Part shown: in pieces, positions 26,501 through 38,426 of the stretch
Position numbering within the stretch: the stretch's first letter is position 1
How the letters are laid out: the number at the start of each line of letters is the position of its first letter
Source of the DNA: Hydrolagus colliei
Lineage: Eukaryota
Assembly (NCBI GenBank): GCA_035084275.1
Contig: CM068742.1
Location: 54,312,001-54,376,000, forward strand
Direction: 5' to 3'
Length of the DNA stretch: 64,000 nt
The notes under the pieces: model-generated
Seen by the model: the letters and a program-made list of their open reading frames with translations, nothing else
Told to the model about the DNA's origin: nothing
Databases searched by the model: none
Translations under genes and position numbers: made by a program

Positions 26501-28619
26501 CTAACCCTGCACTACTTTTCTTTTCCGTGCCCTACCTGAAATATTTACAGAAACGTGACCAGTATGAATGCTACCCATCGCTATCCCACACTCCTTTGAA
26601 CCCTTTTTCTGCATGGCTAGCTGTGTTCAGCTGATGGGCCATTATGCTTTCATCATTGAGAAAGCAGACCTACCACGGGCCACAGAGAGACTTGGCTCCA
26701 CATCTGATGAGTTTCAACACTGAAAACTCCACAATGGCCAAAAAACGCTGATTCCAAGTTCCCTAAAGACATGTGGTTTTCATATTAAAGAACACAAATG
26801 TTTACTTACCACATTTTAAAGTAGAGTAATACTGCTGGTAATTCAGAATTGTTTTCATAGACATTACTGATGAAATTGCATTAATGAGGCGAGGCTGTGG
26901 CAGATGCAATCTGAGTCCCTCTGTTTCCTTCACTGAAGTCTCACAGGGGACTACAAACGGACACTTTGATGTTCTGTGAATGTTAATGTCATTGACACAC
27001 ACACAGAAAGAAAAGCATGAACAACCCGAGGGAATCAATGCTGCCTTCGGTACCACTATTTATTTTTGTTCATTATTCATTGGCTGTAATTGGGAACAAT
27101 ATTCCCAACACATATTGGACAAGCTCTGCAAACCACTGTTTGTTTTTGAGAGAAGTGCCAAAGTGTGTAGGTTTCTGCTTATTTACCCTACGTCTTCCAA
27201 TTAACTGGGATTCGAAGCTCACTGCCTGACACCAGAGAGACTATCTTGTACTCAGTGAGTGAATTAATATTGCACATCTACTCTGAATCCCTGGGTCTTT
27301 TAGGATGATTTCAACAAAACTATTATGTCAAAACAAAATACACATTTGATACAGTATATTTTGTAAAGTGCTTTGAGACTTCTCAACAACGTGATATCAA
27401 AAACGCTATATCAAATGCAAGGATTATTAATATTATTATTTATTTGGTTTTCACTCAGACTTTTGTTTGCTTTTAATTTTTTTCCTCTCCTAACCTCCAC
27501 TGAGACACACACACCTCAGGCAAGCAAGTGCCCTTTGTTCACACAGGGAGTTTGGGCAGACTATTCGAGCGTGATCACATCACAACTGAACTTGACCCTG
27601 TCCTCACTTGGCACATATACACACACACGCACACACATGCATGCACGCATCTTCAGCAAGCGTTGTTGTGTACAGTCAAGATCAGGAATCTTGCTTAGAC
27701 TTTTCCCACTTTCTAACCTAGAGGCACTAAAACCAGCTATCGATGCCATATGCTACTTTTTCAGCTGAAATCATTTAACTCAGCACAGGTCGACTGGGAG
27801 GTTTCTAGTTTGTATGAATCTCTTCTGCAACTAAAACTGCGGAACAGACATGATTATTCTTATAGACTGAAATGTTCTTTTTACAGCTAGGACTCTTTTC
27901 TATGAAATGCATAGTTGACTGGGCTGTGGTGCTTCATTTGCAAGTAACAATTTTAGCCCTGTTTATGCGCTGACCACTAACTCTATGAATCATTTTGTTA
28001 AGGGCTTATAATGTGATCAGAAAATCTTAGAAATCTGATTTTTGAGCCATTTAAATTTGTAGCTCTCCAAGGCACTGTTCATAAAACAAACAGCTTGCCG
28101 GGCTCATCATCAGTAATTGGAGGTGCAGACCAGTCACGTGGGACAGTGACTCTTTCCAGGCAGCTCCTGTTAACTCCGCAAGGCAAATCCCCAATGGGGA
28201 GGATGGTCCAAGCTGAACAGCAGCAGAAAGCTTGCTAAACTGTGCAACCTACATGTTTACTACACCAGCACCCTAGTGCATAGTCTGGCATCCACAAGCC
28301 TTGCCAACTGTTGTCAAATACTTTCTCGGATAAGATAAGATAAGCTATCCTCCAGGGAAAGAATGAGCACTCTATTCTGGGAAAGGGAAATTTCCATGGA
28401 TTTATGGAGTTCTCAGTCTGGATTGGATACTCTTAAACACAGGGATGGATTTCTGTATGTGTCAGATACTCAGTTGACCAAAAAGCAATAAAATTATAAT
28501 ACATTAGAATGCATAATAAGTTGCATGTGTGTTTGATGGGTGTAGAAAAGAAGCTGATCCTGTGTGTGGATTTTTTTTTCCATTTGACTGCTTACTGTAT
28601 TGTTTTGCTTTCTTTTCAG

Positions 28620-28691
28620 TGTGTTGTATGGGAACAAAATTACAGAGCTGCCCAAAGGCTTGTTCGAGGGTCTCTTCGCTCTGCAGTTGTT
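28620..28691 (+). CDS. SLIT2: SLIT2 exon ~12 (72 nt): [24 protein letters not shown]
   Basis: cttttcag|T...TT|gtaagt. Confidence 0.96.
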
Positions 28692-29071
28692 GTAAGTGTG
28701 CATTTTCTAGCTTTTCATCACTAGGTTGAGAAAGAACATTACCGGGCACCTGATACTATCTGTACCTTCACAAATTTTGGCTTAAGGCATAGGGATAGTT
28801 GTGCAAAGAAAATCCATCTAGACTGCTACATGTACATTTTGTATGTGCAAATAGCTGTGTGGTTTCAATCATGAAAGGGATGAATTGCTCTCTTGGCTTC
28901 ATTCTTAGCCTGCAGGCTCGGCACTGCAGATAGTGCAATATCCATGAATAATATTAGATAGAGTTTAGAAGTAAAGAGCAGCTGGGCCTGGTTGGAGCAG
29001 ATGGGGCAATCTCCAACATGTAAAATACAATCCAAATGTGATCAGCATAGGCTAGAGACGTGCAGTGTTTC

Positions 29072-29109
29072 AGTTCTAAATTCAATCAGGATGGATTGAA
29101 TTTAGAACT
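29072..29109. repeat. Perfect 16-bp inverted repeat with a 6-nt loop
   Basis: AGTTCTAAATTCAATC aggatg GATTGAATTTAGAACT. Confidence 0.95.
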
Positions 29110-29379
29110 TTCCCCCAGCTCCTACCCTCGGCTATGTGCATAGGAAGAAACAGTTATCCATATCACTTCCAGTGCACTGTATAGGAAGCACAATAAGTCA
29201 CTTTCCACCTGGTCAGTATGTGTAAAGTGAACTCTGCAGTGTCTCAATAACCTGGAAGCCAGCTATTGTTTTGCACTTTGCTTATATGTGATCAGTGAGA
29301 CACTGGATGTACCTAACTGGGTTGTGACTAGATTTGGCTATACTTTTTCTGACGGTTGATTTAGTATATATTTGTTTAT

Positions 29380-29870
29380 TGATCTTGTGTTCAAATACCT
29401 TCCCTCTCTGGCAACTCCCTACCTTTTTGACCTCCTGACTTCCCAATCCACCACTTGGTGCCTCCTCACGATTGGCACCGGCCACCTGCTCATCCCTCAC
29501 ACCCTCCGGTCCACCATCGGAGGTCGTGCTTTCAGCCACTGTAACCCAAATCTCTGGAACACTCTCCCTCCAATCCCTCTGCCTTGTCCCCTGTATCCCC
29601 TTTTTTTGGTATCCCACCTGAAAACCCTCCTCTTCGACTGTGTTTACGGCCACCTCCCCACATCCTCCCCCAGGCTCCGCCACTGTGAAGTGCTCTGAGA
29701 CGCGACCCTCTGTGGAGGGAGTTATAAAGGTGTAAGTTGTTGTTGATGAATGCGCCAAAATTCAATCCAAATCCAATGTAGGTATGGTTAAAGATGAGAG
29801 TACCATTTGAAGTGCTCTGAGACTCCGTCCAGCGTGGAGGGCGCTATATAAATACAAGTTGTTATTGTTA
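29380..29870 (+). mobile_element. L2-type LINE 3' fragment with a second tail copy at ~29810-29868
   Basis: ORF 29372..29698 has STIGGRAFSHCNPNLWNTLP...SHLKTLLF; tail gaagtgctctgagac...gtggaggg...aagttgtt occurs twice. Confidence 0.8.
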
Positions 29871-32810
29871 CACTCACACTTCAGGTCAGAATCCATACGA
29901 TTCCAGGAAGAGCTGTTCGATTGGTGAAAGTCCTGTCCTTTGGATGAGATGTTAATTTAAGATCCTATTCAGATGGATATTAAAGACCCGTTGTCCCTAA
30001 AGTAATTGGTATAAAAAAGGAGATCTCACAATATCCATAATAATAATACACTTGATGCAAATTCAGCCCCCAAAATCATATTGCTTGCTGTTAGTGGAAT
30101 CTTGCTGCTCCAGATCAGCTGCCATGATTTTTTACACATCAGTCACTACAGTTCAAAGGAATTGATTTTGTGGAGCCCTTTGAGATATTTCTGTCTGATA
30201 AAATGCCATGTGAAATGTAAGTATTATTATACTTGTTAAACATCAAAGCCCTCCAAATTCAGTATAGATTAAATATGTTCCCTTAACTCAGTCATTTCAT
30301 GCTAATTAAGCGCTATGAAATGCTTTGTCTCTTGTGTCGGGTGAGCCTCTCGGCGAAAAGATTATTAACTGAGCTTTCACTACAGAAAGGGAAATACGGG
30401 CTTGGGAATCAGACCACCGGAAACATACTCCTTACCCGAAAGGGCACAAGAGGGTTTGCATCAGAATCCTACAAAACAATGGGTGCTATCTGTTGGGCAT
30501 GTTGATTTGGCATTATAGTACTTTTGTTTTCACTGGGTTTGTACAGTACAGACAAAGTGAGCATGGAGAATTTGTGGAATCCACTCTCTCATTCTGTCTC
30601 TCTTATGGTGGGTGAGCCTGTTGTGGAAGCTGTCATATTTGCTGACCTCGTCCCTGCTGGATGTCTTAGTTTGGACTCCGCCATGTGTGAACGATGTTGA
30701 TGTGTTTATCACACACTGTCAAAGCAAGCAGCAGGAATGAAGATGGATCAGAAGCTGGGCCTGACTGGAAAGAAAATAGGATGTGTATTAAAGGGCAATG
30801 GCATTCTACGACCGATTATCTGGGAATTATTGGCTCCTGCACTTGCATGGAGAAATGAGCTGAGACAGAACCATTCATTTGACTGATTGGCAGTATTTAT
30901 CTCTTGGAATGTGTGAAGCCAGTGATCTGTGGCAGAAATGAAGCCTAGAAAGCACACATCTCAGTCTAATGCTCTGGCTCACAGACCACTTTTGAGGCGT
31001 TAGCAGTGACCTGCCATACACCTGCACCAGCCCAGGGAAGCCCTGCTCCATATCAGTACCTTGTTTCCAGCAGCTACTGAGTCACGATGTCCATGGCTTA
31101 GCCATAAATGAGGAAAAATTAAATAAAGAAAAATATGTTATTTGGGTTGACCGACCAAGCAGGTTGGCCATCACTGTTCTATAGCAAGATTCTTAATCCA
31201 TCAGTCTTAACACTTACATTTAATGGGTGCTTCACATAGGGTCTGACACTGTCACATAAGTGAGCCAGATAGTGAAGGTTAGCAAAATGGAGCTGAGAAG
31301 ATAATGCAAATGTATACATTTATATGCACTTTCCACTGGATTAGGAGTTAGAAACCCAATAGATTTTATCCCTCTTCAAGCCTAGGGTTGCTGACAGCAA
31401 TTATAATGTCCCTTTTGCTGTCTTGGCTGAGATCAACTAACCCAATCAAATTGAGGATCAAACCTGGGACCTTCTGAGGCTCAATTTCACGTGGTGACGT
31501 TGCTAACTGAGGTGGCAGCTGAGGGGGGGGGGGGGTGGAGGAGAGAAATTAAAATTATAATTAAAAGATTTGGAGGCCATTAAACGAAGGAAGTAAACAA
31601 AATTTTGAGTGAATTTTAAAACCCTGTCTGTTTAAAGAATCAAAAAATAGTTGGGTTCTGTTGAAGTTCAGAGAATGCCAATCAGCAGAAGCCATTCTGA
31701 TCTGTGTGCACCTCAGTTTAGCAATTCCTGAGGAGCTGGAGGATTGGAATGACCAGGTGTTGTGCATGGAGTGTTTTCCAGTGAATAGAGAGATTTACTA
31801 CAGATGTGGTGGCTGCATTAGCGAATTGTTCTCCCACAAAGAGATGCCAAACGAGCCTTCCCACAGGAGAATGTGAAGCCCTGCAGGCAACTCCGTCTGT
31901 GCAAAGAGCTCTCGCTATTCCCTTTTGTTTGCAAAAAAATATTGTGTTGAAATTCAGAACACTTGGATGCCTTTTCCAAATCCGTTCTCCTGAAATGGCT
32001 CATTCGTGCAGAGAGCTATTTGTAGTTTTGGTGCAGACGACCAGTAAAACGCTTTGGCTGTCGTGCTTTTCACTGGGATTTCCTGGGCATGATCTGAGAT
32101 GAGCTAGTGTTACCTGGAGATTATAAGTAAGTCAACAATCTTTCAGGCCTATCAGTTTGAGAGAAAACAAACTGAGCTCACGATGCTACTTCAAAGAGAT
32201 TTGATTATTTATTATGGGAGAGGAGCCCTAAATGTTGGGGAGTTAGCATGAAGGTGGATTTTGCTAACCTCTAGAGAACATTTTGTATAGGAAGCATTTC
32301 TCATATTCCTTACTCCATCTGCCTCTCAAAGGAACAGGATGTGATTTTCACGTCAGATCGGATTGTTAAGCCCACGCTCATCCCAGCCTGGATCCGAGCC
32401 AAAGGGCCAAGAATAAATTTTCTATGCTACAGAAAAGATTTGTTTGCAGGCAACAGTCTCAGTTCTCACACGGGATGGGGGTGGGGGAAGCAAGAGATAC
32501 ATCCTAGAGTATGTCTGATTCTGAAATCCTGGGTAATATGTGGTTTGAGGAACATTATGCACGGATTTGCTGGTAAAGAGAAAATGAAAACGTCATGCTG
32601 AGAGTATGTTCCCTGGAACTCCTGAAGTCACTCACTGAATAAATCATGTGAGGATCATAAGAAACAAGCAGCACATGGGATTGATTTGCATATTATAACT
32701 CCCATCAAACCAGCTTTGTGACTTCAATTCAACCCTCATTATTTGGGGTTACTGGGCAATCAGCAATAGATGATAGACTCAAGTGACGTTTCAGTTGGTA
32801 TTAACTAAAT

Positions 32811-33108
32811 TAATAATAATAATAATCCTTGCATTTGATATAGCTATTTTCACATCTTCTAAACATTTCACAGAGTATACTGTAAAGTGAATTGACTGTA
32901 TATATGCGGGCGAAATGCTGCAGCCAATTGCGCACAGCAGTGTCTCACAAACAGTCGTGGATTGAGATGGCCAATTTTTTTTTTTTGAGGGAATATTGTC
33001 AGGCATGTGGAGTAAAGGAAACTTACCCAAGGTTTTGCCCTGCTTGGAATTGAACCCAGGTCTCTTGCTTGTAAGTTGAGTGCTCTAACCACTGAGCTAC
33101 ATGACTGC
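32811..33108 (-). mobile_element. Full-length tRNA/Deu/L2-tail SINE (resembles elephant-shark SINE2-type elements)
   Basis: The minus strand begins gcagtcatgtagctcagtggttagagc (A box) and has gggttcaattcc (B box), core actgctgtgcgcaattggctgc and a (tta)n tail. Confidence 0.9.
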
Positions 33109-34173
33109 ACGAGATTTATGCAGTTAATTCATATATGCAGGTAATAGCATGAGACCAGCACTGTGACTGTGACCAGCACTCAGTGAGGAGTGACTTTCTC
33201 TTCAAAATGTAATTTTATTTTGCAGACTATCTGTTAGATTTGTGTAGCTGTAATTCTGCTGGAGCTTGCTTATCTAACGTGTCTTCTTAGTTAATATTAG
33301 TTTGGAATTGTCACTGTATGACAAATAGATCTTTTCCTGCATCAATTCAGATCAAACATAATGATAATACTCTTGCATTTGATACAGTGCCTTTCATTGA
33401 GGGAAGACATTTCAAAAATTTGCTGTAAAGTGTAGTAACTGTATTATTGTATTGTCAGTTGTAGCACCCAAATTTCCACACAGCAATGTCCCACAAATAG
33501 CCATGAAGTGAATGACCAATTTCATTGGGATGGGGGTCGTTAGGCCAGATACAGAGAGAAATTGCCTTCTTTCCCTTTTGAATAGTACCATCTTTAATGT
33601 CCACCAGAACAGGCAGATGAGAATCATTTGATCCGAAGTAATAAGATGATGGACATTTTAAAGAGTTTATGTGAGCTACGGGCTGCACAACAGGTAGCCG
33701 AGGGGTATCAGTGCAGACTGAGCCTTAGAGTGCCTATCATTTCCTCCTTTAGTTTCAATACTCAGAGACACTATCCCATTTGAAAGGACCGAGATAAATG
33801 CAAGTTGTTTTTGCTGTAAGCCTTTTCCAATATACTTTTGCCATTTCACAGCCAGACCAGCAGGTGGAGCAGCATGTTCTGGTAAGCTTGAGAGACCCAG
33901 TTAAATGTTGGCCAGACATGGAGATCCATTGGCACTGACCATGGAGAATGAAATAAAAGGCAGTTCTGTAGGAACAAAGCCAGGGATTTCAGAATATACA
34001 TTCCAGGCAGAGAAATAACAGGAAGTCAAAGCGCAATTGGAACAGGCAAAGCACTTCCACCTGCAAAGGAATTAAACTCTCCCCTTGGCAACAAACTGTA
34101 TGGCTGTCTTGTATGAGATTTAGGTTTGTACTGTGGTTGTATGTTTAGTGATGAGTATGTTTTTTTCTGACAG

Positions 34174-34317
34174 GTTGCTGAATGCCAATAAAATAAACTG
34201 CCTGCGTGTGGATGCCTTTCAAGATCTCCATAACCTGAACCTTCTCTCTCTGTATGACAACAAGTTACAAACTATTGCCAAGGGAACCTTTGCCCCTCTG
34301 CGAGCAATCCAAACTCT
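34174..34317 (+). CDS. SLIT2: SLIT2 exon ~13 (144 nt): [48 protein letters not shown]
   Basis: tctgacag|G...CT|gtatgt; overlaps ORF 34133..34369. Confidence 0.97.
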
Positions 34318-35797
34318 GTATGTATTCCCGGCTTCTCTCGGCTCAATACACCACGCATGTTATTTATGAAGTGAATGATGCTCAGATAGGTTTCAGTTTA
34401 CTTATGTTTAAGCTCTGCCTTAGGGAGGGGGATATCAGCCAACGAACTTGTTAATCATTGCTGTCCAGCAGCTGCTACTAGAAAGCTGCCTTGCGTGGAC
34501 ACAAACTATGACCAGTGCTTTGATTTCCGTCCATGGTTGGACTGGACATTTTAGGTTTACATGTGAATTAGGGTGGAAGGTGGCCGGTGCATGTGGAACC
34601 ATACTCCCCATCTTGAGCCAAGACATATCTCTTTGACTGCGCTTCTTGTCATCTATCCCTTCCTTAACTCCTATGTCTCACAACCCAACTCAGGTTCTTA
34701 GCCAGCAGCGTCAAGCGCTTTGAGAAATACTCCTGACATGAAAGGAGTTATATAAATTGTATTTAAATATACTCACATGCTCCTCAAGGGGGATAGGAGA
34801 ACACTGGAGGAAACATAATTGAATTGAATTTCCCTGGGCCATGTGTCTGTGCCCCATCCAGCACTCCCAAGCAAGACAGTTCTTGAACCACCCACAATGA
34901 GGTTCATGGGCAGATATGGGAGCATGAATAGCATAGTGTGGACCCACATCTTGACACTGTAATGGAGCACAGAGATACATTTAATTGTCACAAGTTGCTC
35001 TCAGATAGAAAGAACCTAAGAAAATAGTTTTAGACTCAGTGATAGATGGGATTGGAGAGACTCAAAAACATTAAATACATTAAAACTGAAGCTGGGTGCT
35101 GTATTGAGTGATTCAGATAAGAATAGTGGAATGTGTGTCAGAAGCTATCATCTATAAGTTTGCTTATATATCTTTTATGGCAAGTTACAGCACACAAGAC
35201 CATTTGATGCTTCAGGTCCAAACTTTGCCAAGTGTATAATGTTTGATCAAATTACATTATTTAAGAAAAGCAAAGCTACAAGTTAAATGTGCGTACCCCA
35301 AAACATAGCATCACCCCTTAACACTGAGCACGTCATTGGATTCCCTTCAGTTTCGGAAAGTCACTTGTTAAAAAGGCTCATTTCCTAAAGCTACCAGCCG
35401 TGCTCTGGAACCTGCCGCATTAGTGTATCTTGGCAAACAAACACACTTCCAGACAGAATTTGCATTAAATAATTGAGAAGGATGCATTGTCATCTTGCCA
35501 TGGCCCATCAACTTGGGGGATTGGCCGTTTCAAAGTGGACACGCACAGTTACTGCTTCCATTGCCAAGATGCACATTATGAATTCTTAATGTTTCATCGG
35601 ACTCCCAATAAATGCAAGTCAGCTGCAAATAGCGATCGTCAACATTGCTCAGATCCACCCGTTCCCAGCGAGTTACTCCGGTTTCCTTTCAGGAGCCTCC
35701 CAGCACTGCTGCTTCATATTTGTTCCAGCGCGCGCCTTATGTTCCTGGTTGACTTGACCCTGGTGTCTACTTTATTTGCTTCTCTTCCTCTCAAAAG

Positions 35798-35961
35798 GCA
35801 TTTGGCGCAGAACCCATTCATTTGTGACTGCCACTTGAAGTGGCTTGCCGACTACCTGCACGCAAACCCCATTGAAACCAGTGGTGCCCGCTGCACCAGC
35901 CCTCGCCGCCTGGCAAACAAGAGGATCGGGCAGATCAAAAGCAAAAAGTTCCGCTGCTCAG
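35798..35961 (+). CDS. SLIT2: SLIT2 exon ~14 (164 nt), D2 LRRCT with basic patch: [54 protein letters not shown]
   Basis: ctctcaaaag|G...CAG|gtaatt (AAG acceptor); overlaps ORF 35487..35969. Confidence 0.97.
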
Positions 35962-36299
35962 GTAATTGAATTCCGGCAACTTCATTATTATAGAAATGTC
36001 TTTTTTTTTAAAAAAAATAACTCTCTTGGTTTGATGCTGATCTCACGTAGATTCTGAAAATGCGTCTGTTTCGCTGTTGAATTTTTAAGGCTTTCAGCAG
36101 CTTTTCCCCTTTGTTTCATGCTAACCACAGTAGGTCAGTCAAGTTCAATTTGACTTTGCCTTTTATTTTGCTGCTGTTGACAAGACAGTAATGGAGTAAT
36201 CTGTGGATTTAATGCAAAGTAAATTGTTTATTTTTTTCTCTGGCCGCTAACATTCAGGTGCATCTCTTCTGTCTTTCTCTCTTTTTGTTGTGTTTGTAG

Positions 36300-36323
36300 C
36301 GAAAGAACAGTATTTCATTCCAG
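36300..36323 (+). CDS. SLIT2: SLIT2 exon 15, alternative 24-nt microexon AKEQYFIP
   Basis: tgtttgtag|CGAAAGAACAGTATTTCATTCCAG|gtaggt; peptide matches the known SLIT2 exon-15 cassette. Confidence 0.95.
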
Positions 36324-36384
36324 GTAGGTTTTCCTGCAGTGGGGCTAATGAGCTATGGATTTCTAATAGGTTTTAGTGGAGTGT

Positions 36385-36468
36385 TGCATGCTGTAGTTGT
36401 GCGGTGAGTCTCCCTTTAGATAGCCCCTTGCTTAGTCTTCCAGTAGCCGAATCTGTTGCTAATGCATG
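36385..36468 (+). promoter_or_regulatory. Two TGCATG (RBFOX-type) motifs downstream of microexon 15
   Basis: TGCATG at 36385-36390 and 36463-36468. Confidence 0.5.
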
Positions 36469-37099
36469 TGCTCTGTTAGCTACCTAGCCAAATCCTTAGG
36501 ACCCTGTGCTTCCTATGCCTGCTATACAGTTGCCAATATGATGGAGTTCTATTTATTCTCATTTTATTTTTGTGCCACTCCCCCACCTAGAGACCCTTTT
36601 TTAAGGTGGTTAATCTTGATGTATTCCCCAGACTTCTTTATTTGACTGGGGAACTTCCATGTATTTTACACACACACAAACACATACACAGATGGGAGAA
36701 TACCAATATTTGAAACTGGGAAGAAACAACTGGTGCTGACTTTGATTCACAGGTTTCCTCTCTCATGGTTCAGAAAGGGAAAGGAGAGCTTCTGGCCTAG
36801 GATAGTTGGAAAAGGCCAGATTAATGTCTGGACAATCCTGTGGGATTGAGGTACACAAACATTAGCAGTGGGCACAGTGAAGTAGGGGCCTTCATTCCTG
36901 AAAACAGGTGGAAATTCATGTGCACTCAATTTCTTCAATCCTCTGACTTGATCTGAGGCATCCGCTGTGCCTCTCTGAACCAAACACTTGAAGGTATCTT
37001 GAGTGTGCTCTTGGTTAATTGCCATTTGCATTTCCATCTTCACCTCTGCTCTTTCCATCTACAGGCTGAGATTGTAAGCTTCCCTTTCAGTTGGGCACC

Positions 37100-38020
37100 A
37101 TAGAACTATAGTTTCAATGGAATTGACAGCATAGTTGGAAGGCCATTTAGCCCATTGTATCTGCACTGGCTCCTTCGAGAGCCATCCTTTCAATCCTATT
37201 TACCAACTATTCCCCCATTCTCCTGCAGTTGACTCATTTTACTTATTTATCTAGTTCCTTTTTGAAAGCCATATGGATTTTGCCTCATTCCCCGAACATG
37301 GCAGAGCATTCCATATCCTAACATCCCTGTATGTGGAAGAAAAATTCTCCTAAACTCACCCATTTGTTTGTTTGCTAACTATCTCCCAGTGCCTTGGGAT
37401 GTTATCCCGACATGAAAGGCATTATACAAATGTAATGTTGTTGTTAAATTGATGCCCGCTCGTCACTGACTCACTGCCCAGTGGTAATAATTTCTGACAA
37501 TTAACATCTATCAAAATTTTAATGGCCTCTTATCAGATAATAATAATAATAATCCTTGCATTTGATATAGCGCTTTTCACATCTTATCGACGTCTCAAAG
37601 CGCTTCACAGAGTATACTGTAAAGTGAATTGACTGTATATATTTGTGGGCGAATCGCGGCAGCCAATTGCGCACAGCAGTGTCCCACAAACAGTCGTGGA
37701 TTGAAAATGACAATTTTTTTTATTATTGTGTTTTTTTTTGGAGGGATTATTATTGGGCGTGTGGAGTAAGGAAACTTGCCCAAGGTTTCGCCCTGACCTG
37801 CCTGGATTCGAACACATATCTCCCCAGCTTGAGTCTCCCCAGCTTGCAAGACAAGTGCTCTAACCACTGAACCACAGGAGCTTGAGAGATCACCTCTCAA
37901 CCATCTTTGTTCCAACAGAAAAAGACCCAGTTTCCCTAGTCTCTCCAGTATCATCTCCTCCGCACACACTCTAGTGCCTTCCTAAAGTTGGTTGAGAAAT
38001 ACTGCACACAATATTGTAAC
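37100..38020 (-). mobile_element. CR1-type LINE 3' fragment interrupted by a SINE
   Basis: ERLGKLGLFLLEQRWLRGDL (37885-37945) continues as LI beyond the SINE; CR1-like 3' UTR near 37120-37260. Confidence 0.7.
37537..37882 (-). mobile_element. Full-length young tRNA/Deu/L2-tail SINE
   Basis: A box ggttcagtggttagagc, B box gttcgaatcc, CpG-rich Deu core, (tta)n tail. Confidence 0.9.
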
Positions 38021-38028
38021 TATGCTCA

Positions 38029-38102
38029 TACTCACATTTTGTGGAGTTGAGGGAGTTTCTTGAAGACCCCAGTGGCTTCTAGCACTGTAAATTCATTGTT
38101 GT
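38029..38102 (-). repeat. Inverted partial duplicate of exon 17 plus its donor site
   Basis: Reverse complement matches 42794-42867 at 70/74 nt, including GTGAGTA. Confidence 0.95.
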
Positions 38103-38235
38103 GGGATGGAATTCCAAAGGCTGGGGGCAGAGTGGCTGAAGGCTTGGAGCGGATAGATTGGTAGGAGGTTAGGATGTCACAGAGAAAGGGTTGGACAAAG
38201 CCATTGGGCTTTAAAGGTGAGGACCAGGATCTACA
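38100..38235 (-). mobile_element. L2-type fragment fused to the inverted exon-17 copy
   Basis: The minus strand reads gccttcagccactctgcccccagcctttggaattccatcccac, matching the L2 copy at 44-86. Confidence 0.7.
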
Positions 38236-38337
38236 CCCCTATTTAGAACCTAAGATATTGTGAGACTCATTTTCTGGTGATTTTCAGAATCACTTCTGTT
38301 TCCTGAGGTGTGCTTTCTCATCCCTACTGCGATAGGA

Positions 38338-38426
38338 TTTACCAGATGCGTTGTTATGCAAAGTAGAGGCACTGACCAGGGCTGGGAGTGTTCAGTCACT
38401 TTGAATTTCAGTAACTAATTCAAAAG
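38338..38426 (+). repeat. ~90-nt direct repeat, copy 1 (copy 2 at 40312-40401)
   Basis: tttaccagatgc.ttgttat..aaag.agaggcactgac...ttcagtc.ctttgaatt.cagt.act.attcaaaag; about 11 differences in 90 columns. Confidence 0.85.

Noticed and set aside
33040-33108. tRNA-like sequences with A/B boxes (also ~15178, ~37810-37880, ~59189)
   Set aside because: They are SINE heads attached to repeat bodies and do not give a complete cloverleaf.
35791-35797. AAG acceptors at exons 14 and 27
   Set aside because: Uncommon but ordinary variants; frame and exon length are as expected.
38029-38102. The exon-17 copy as a mutually exclusive exon or part of an antisense SLIT gene
   Set aside because: It is on the opposite strand, lacks the acceptor and first 8 exon nt, and no other minus-strand SLIT exons were seen.
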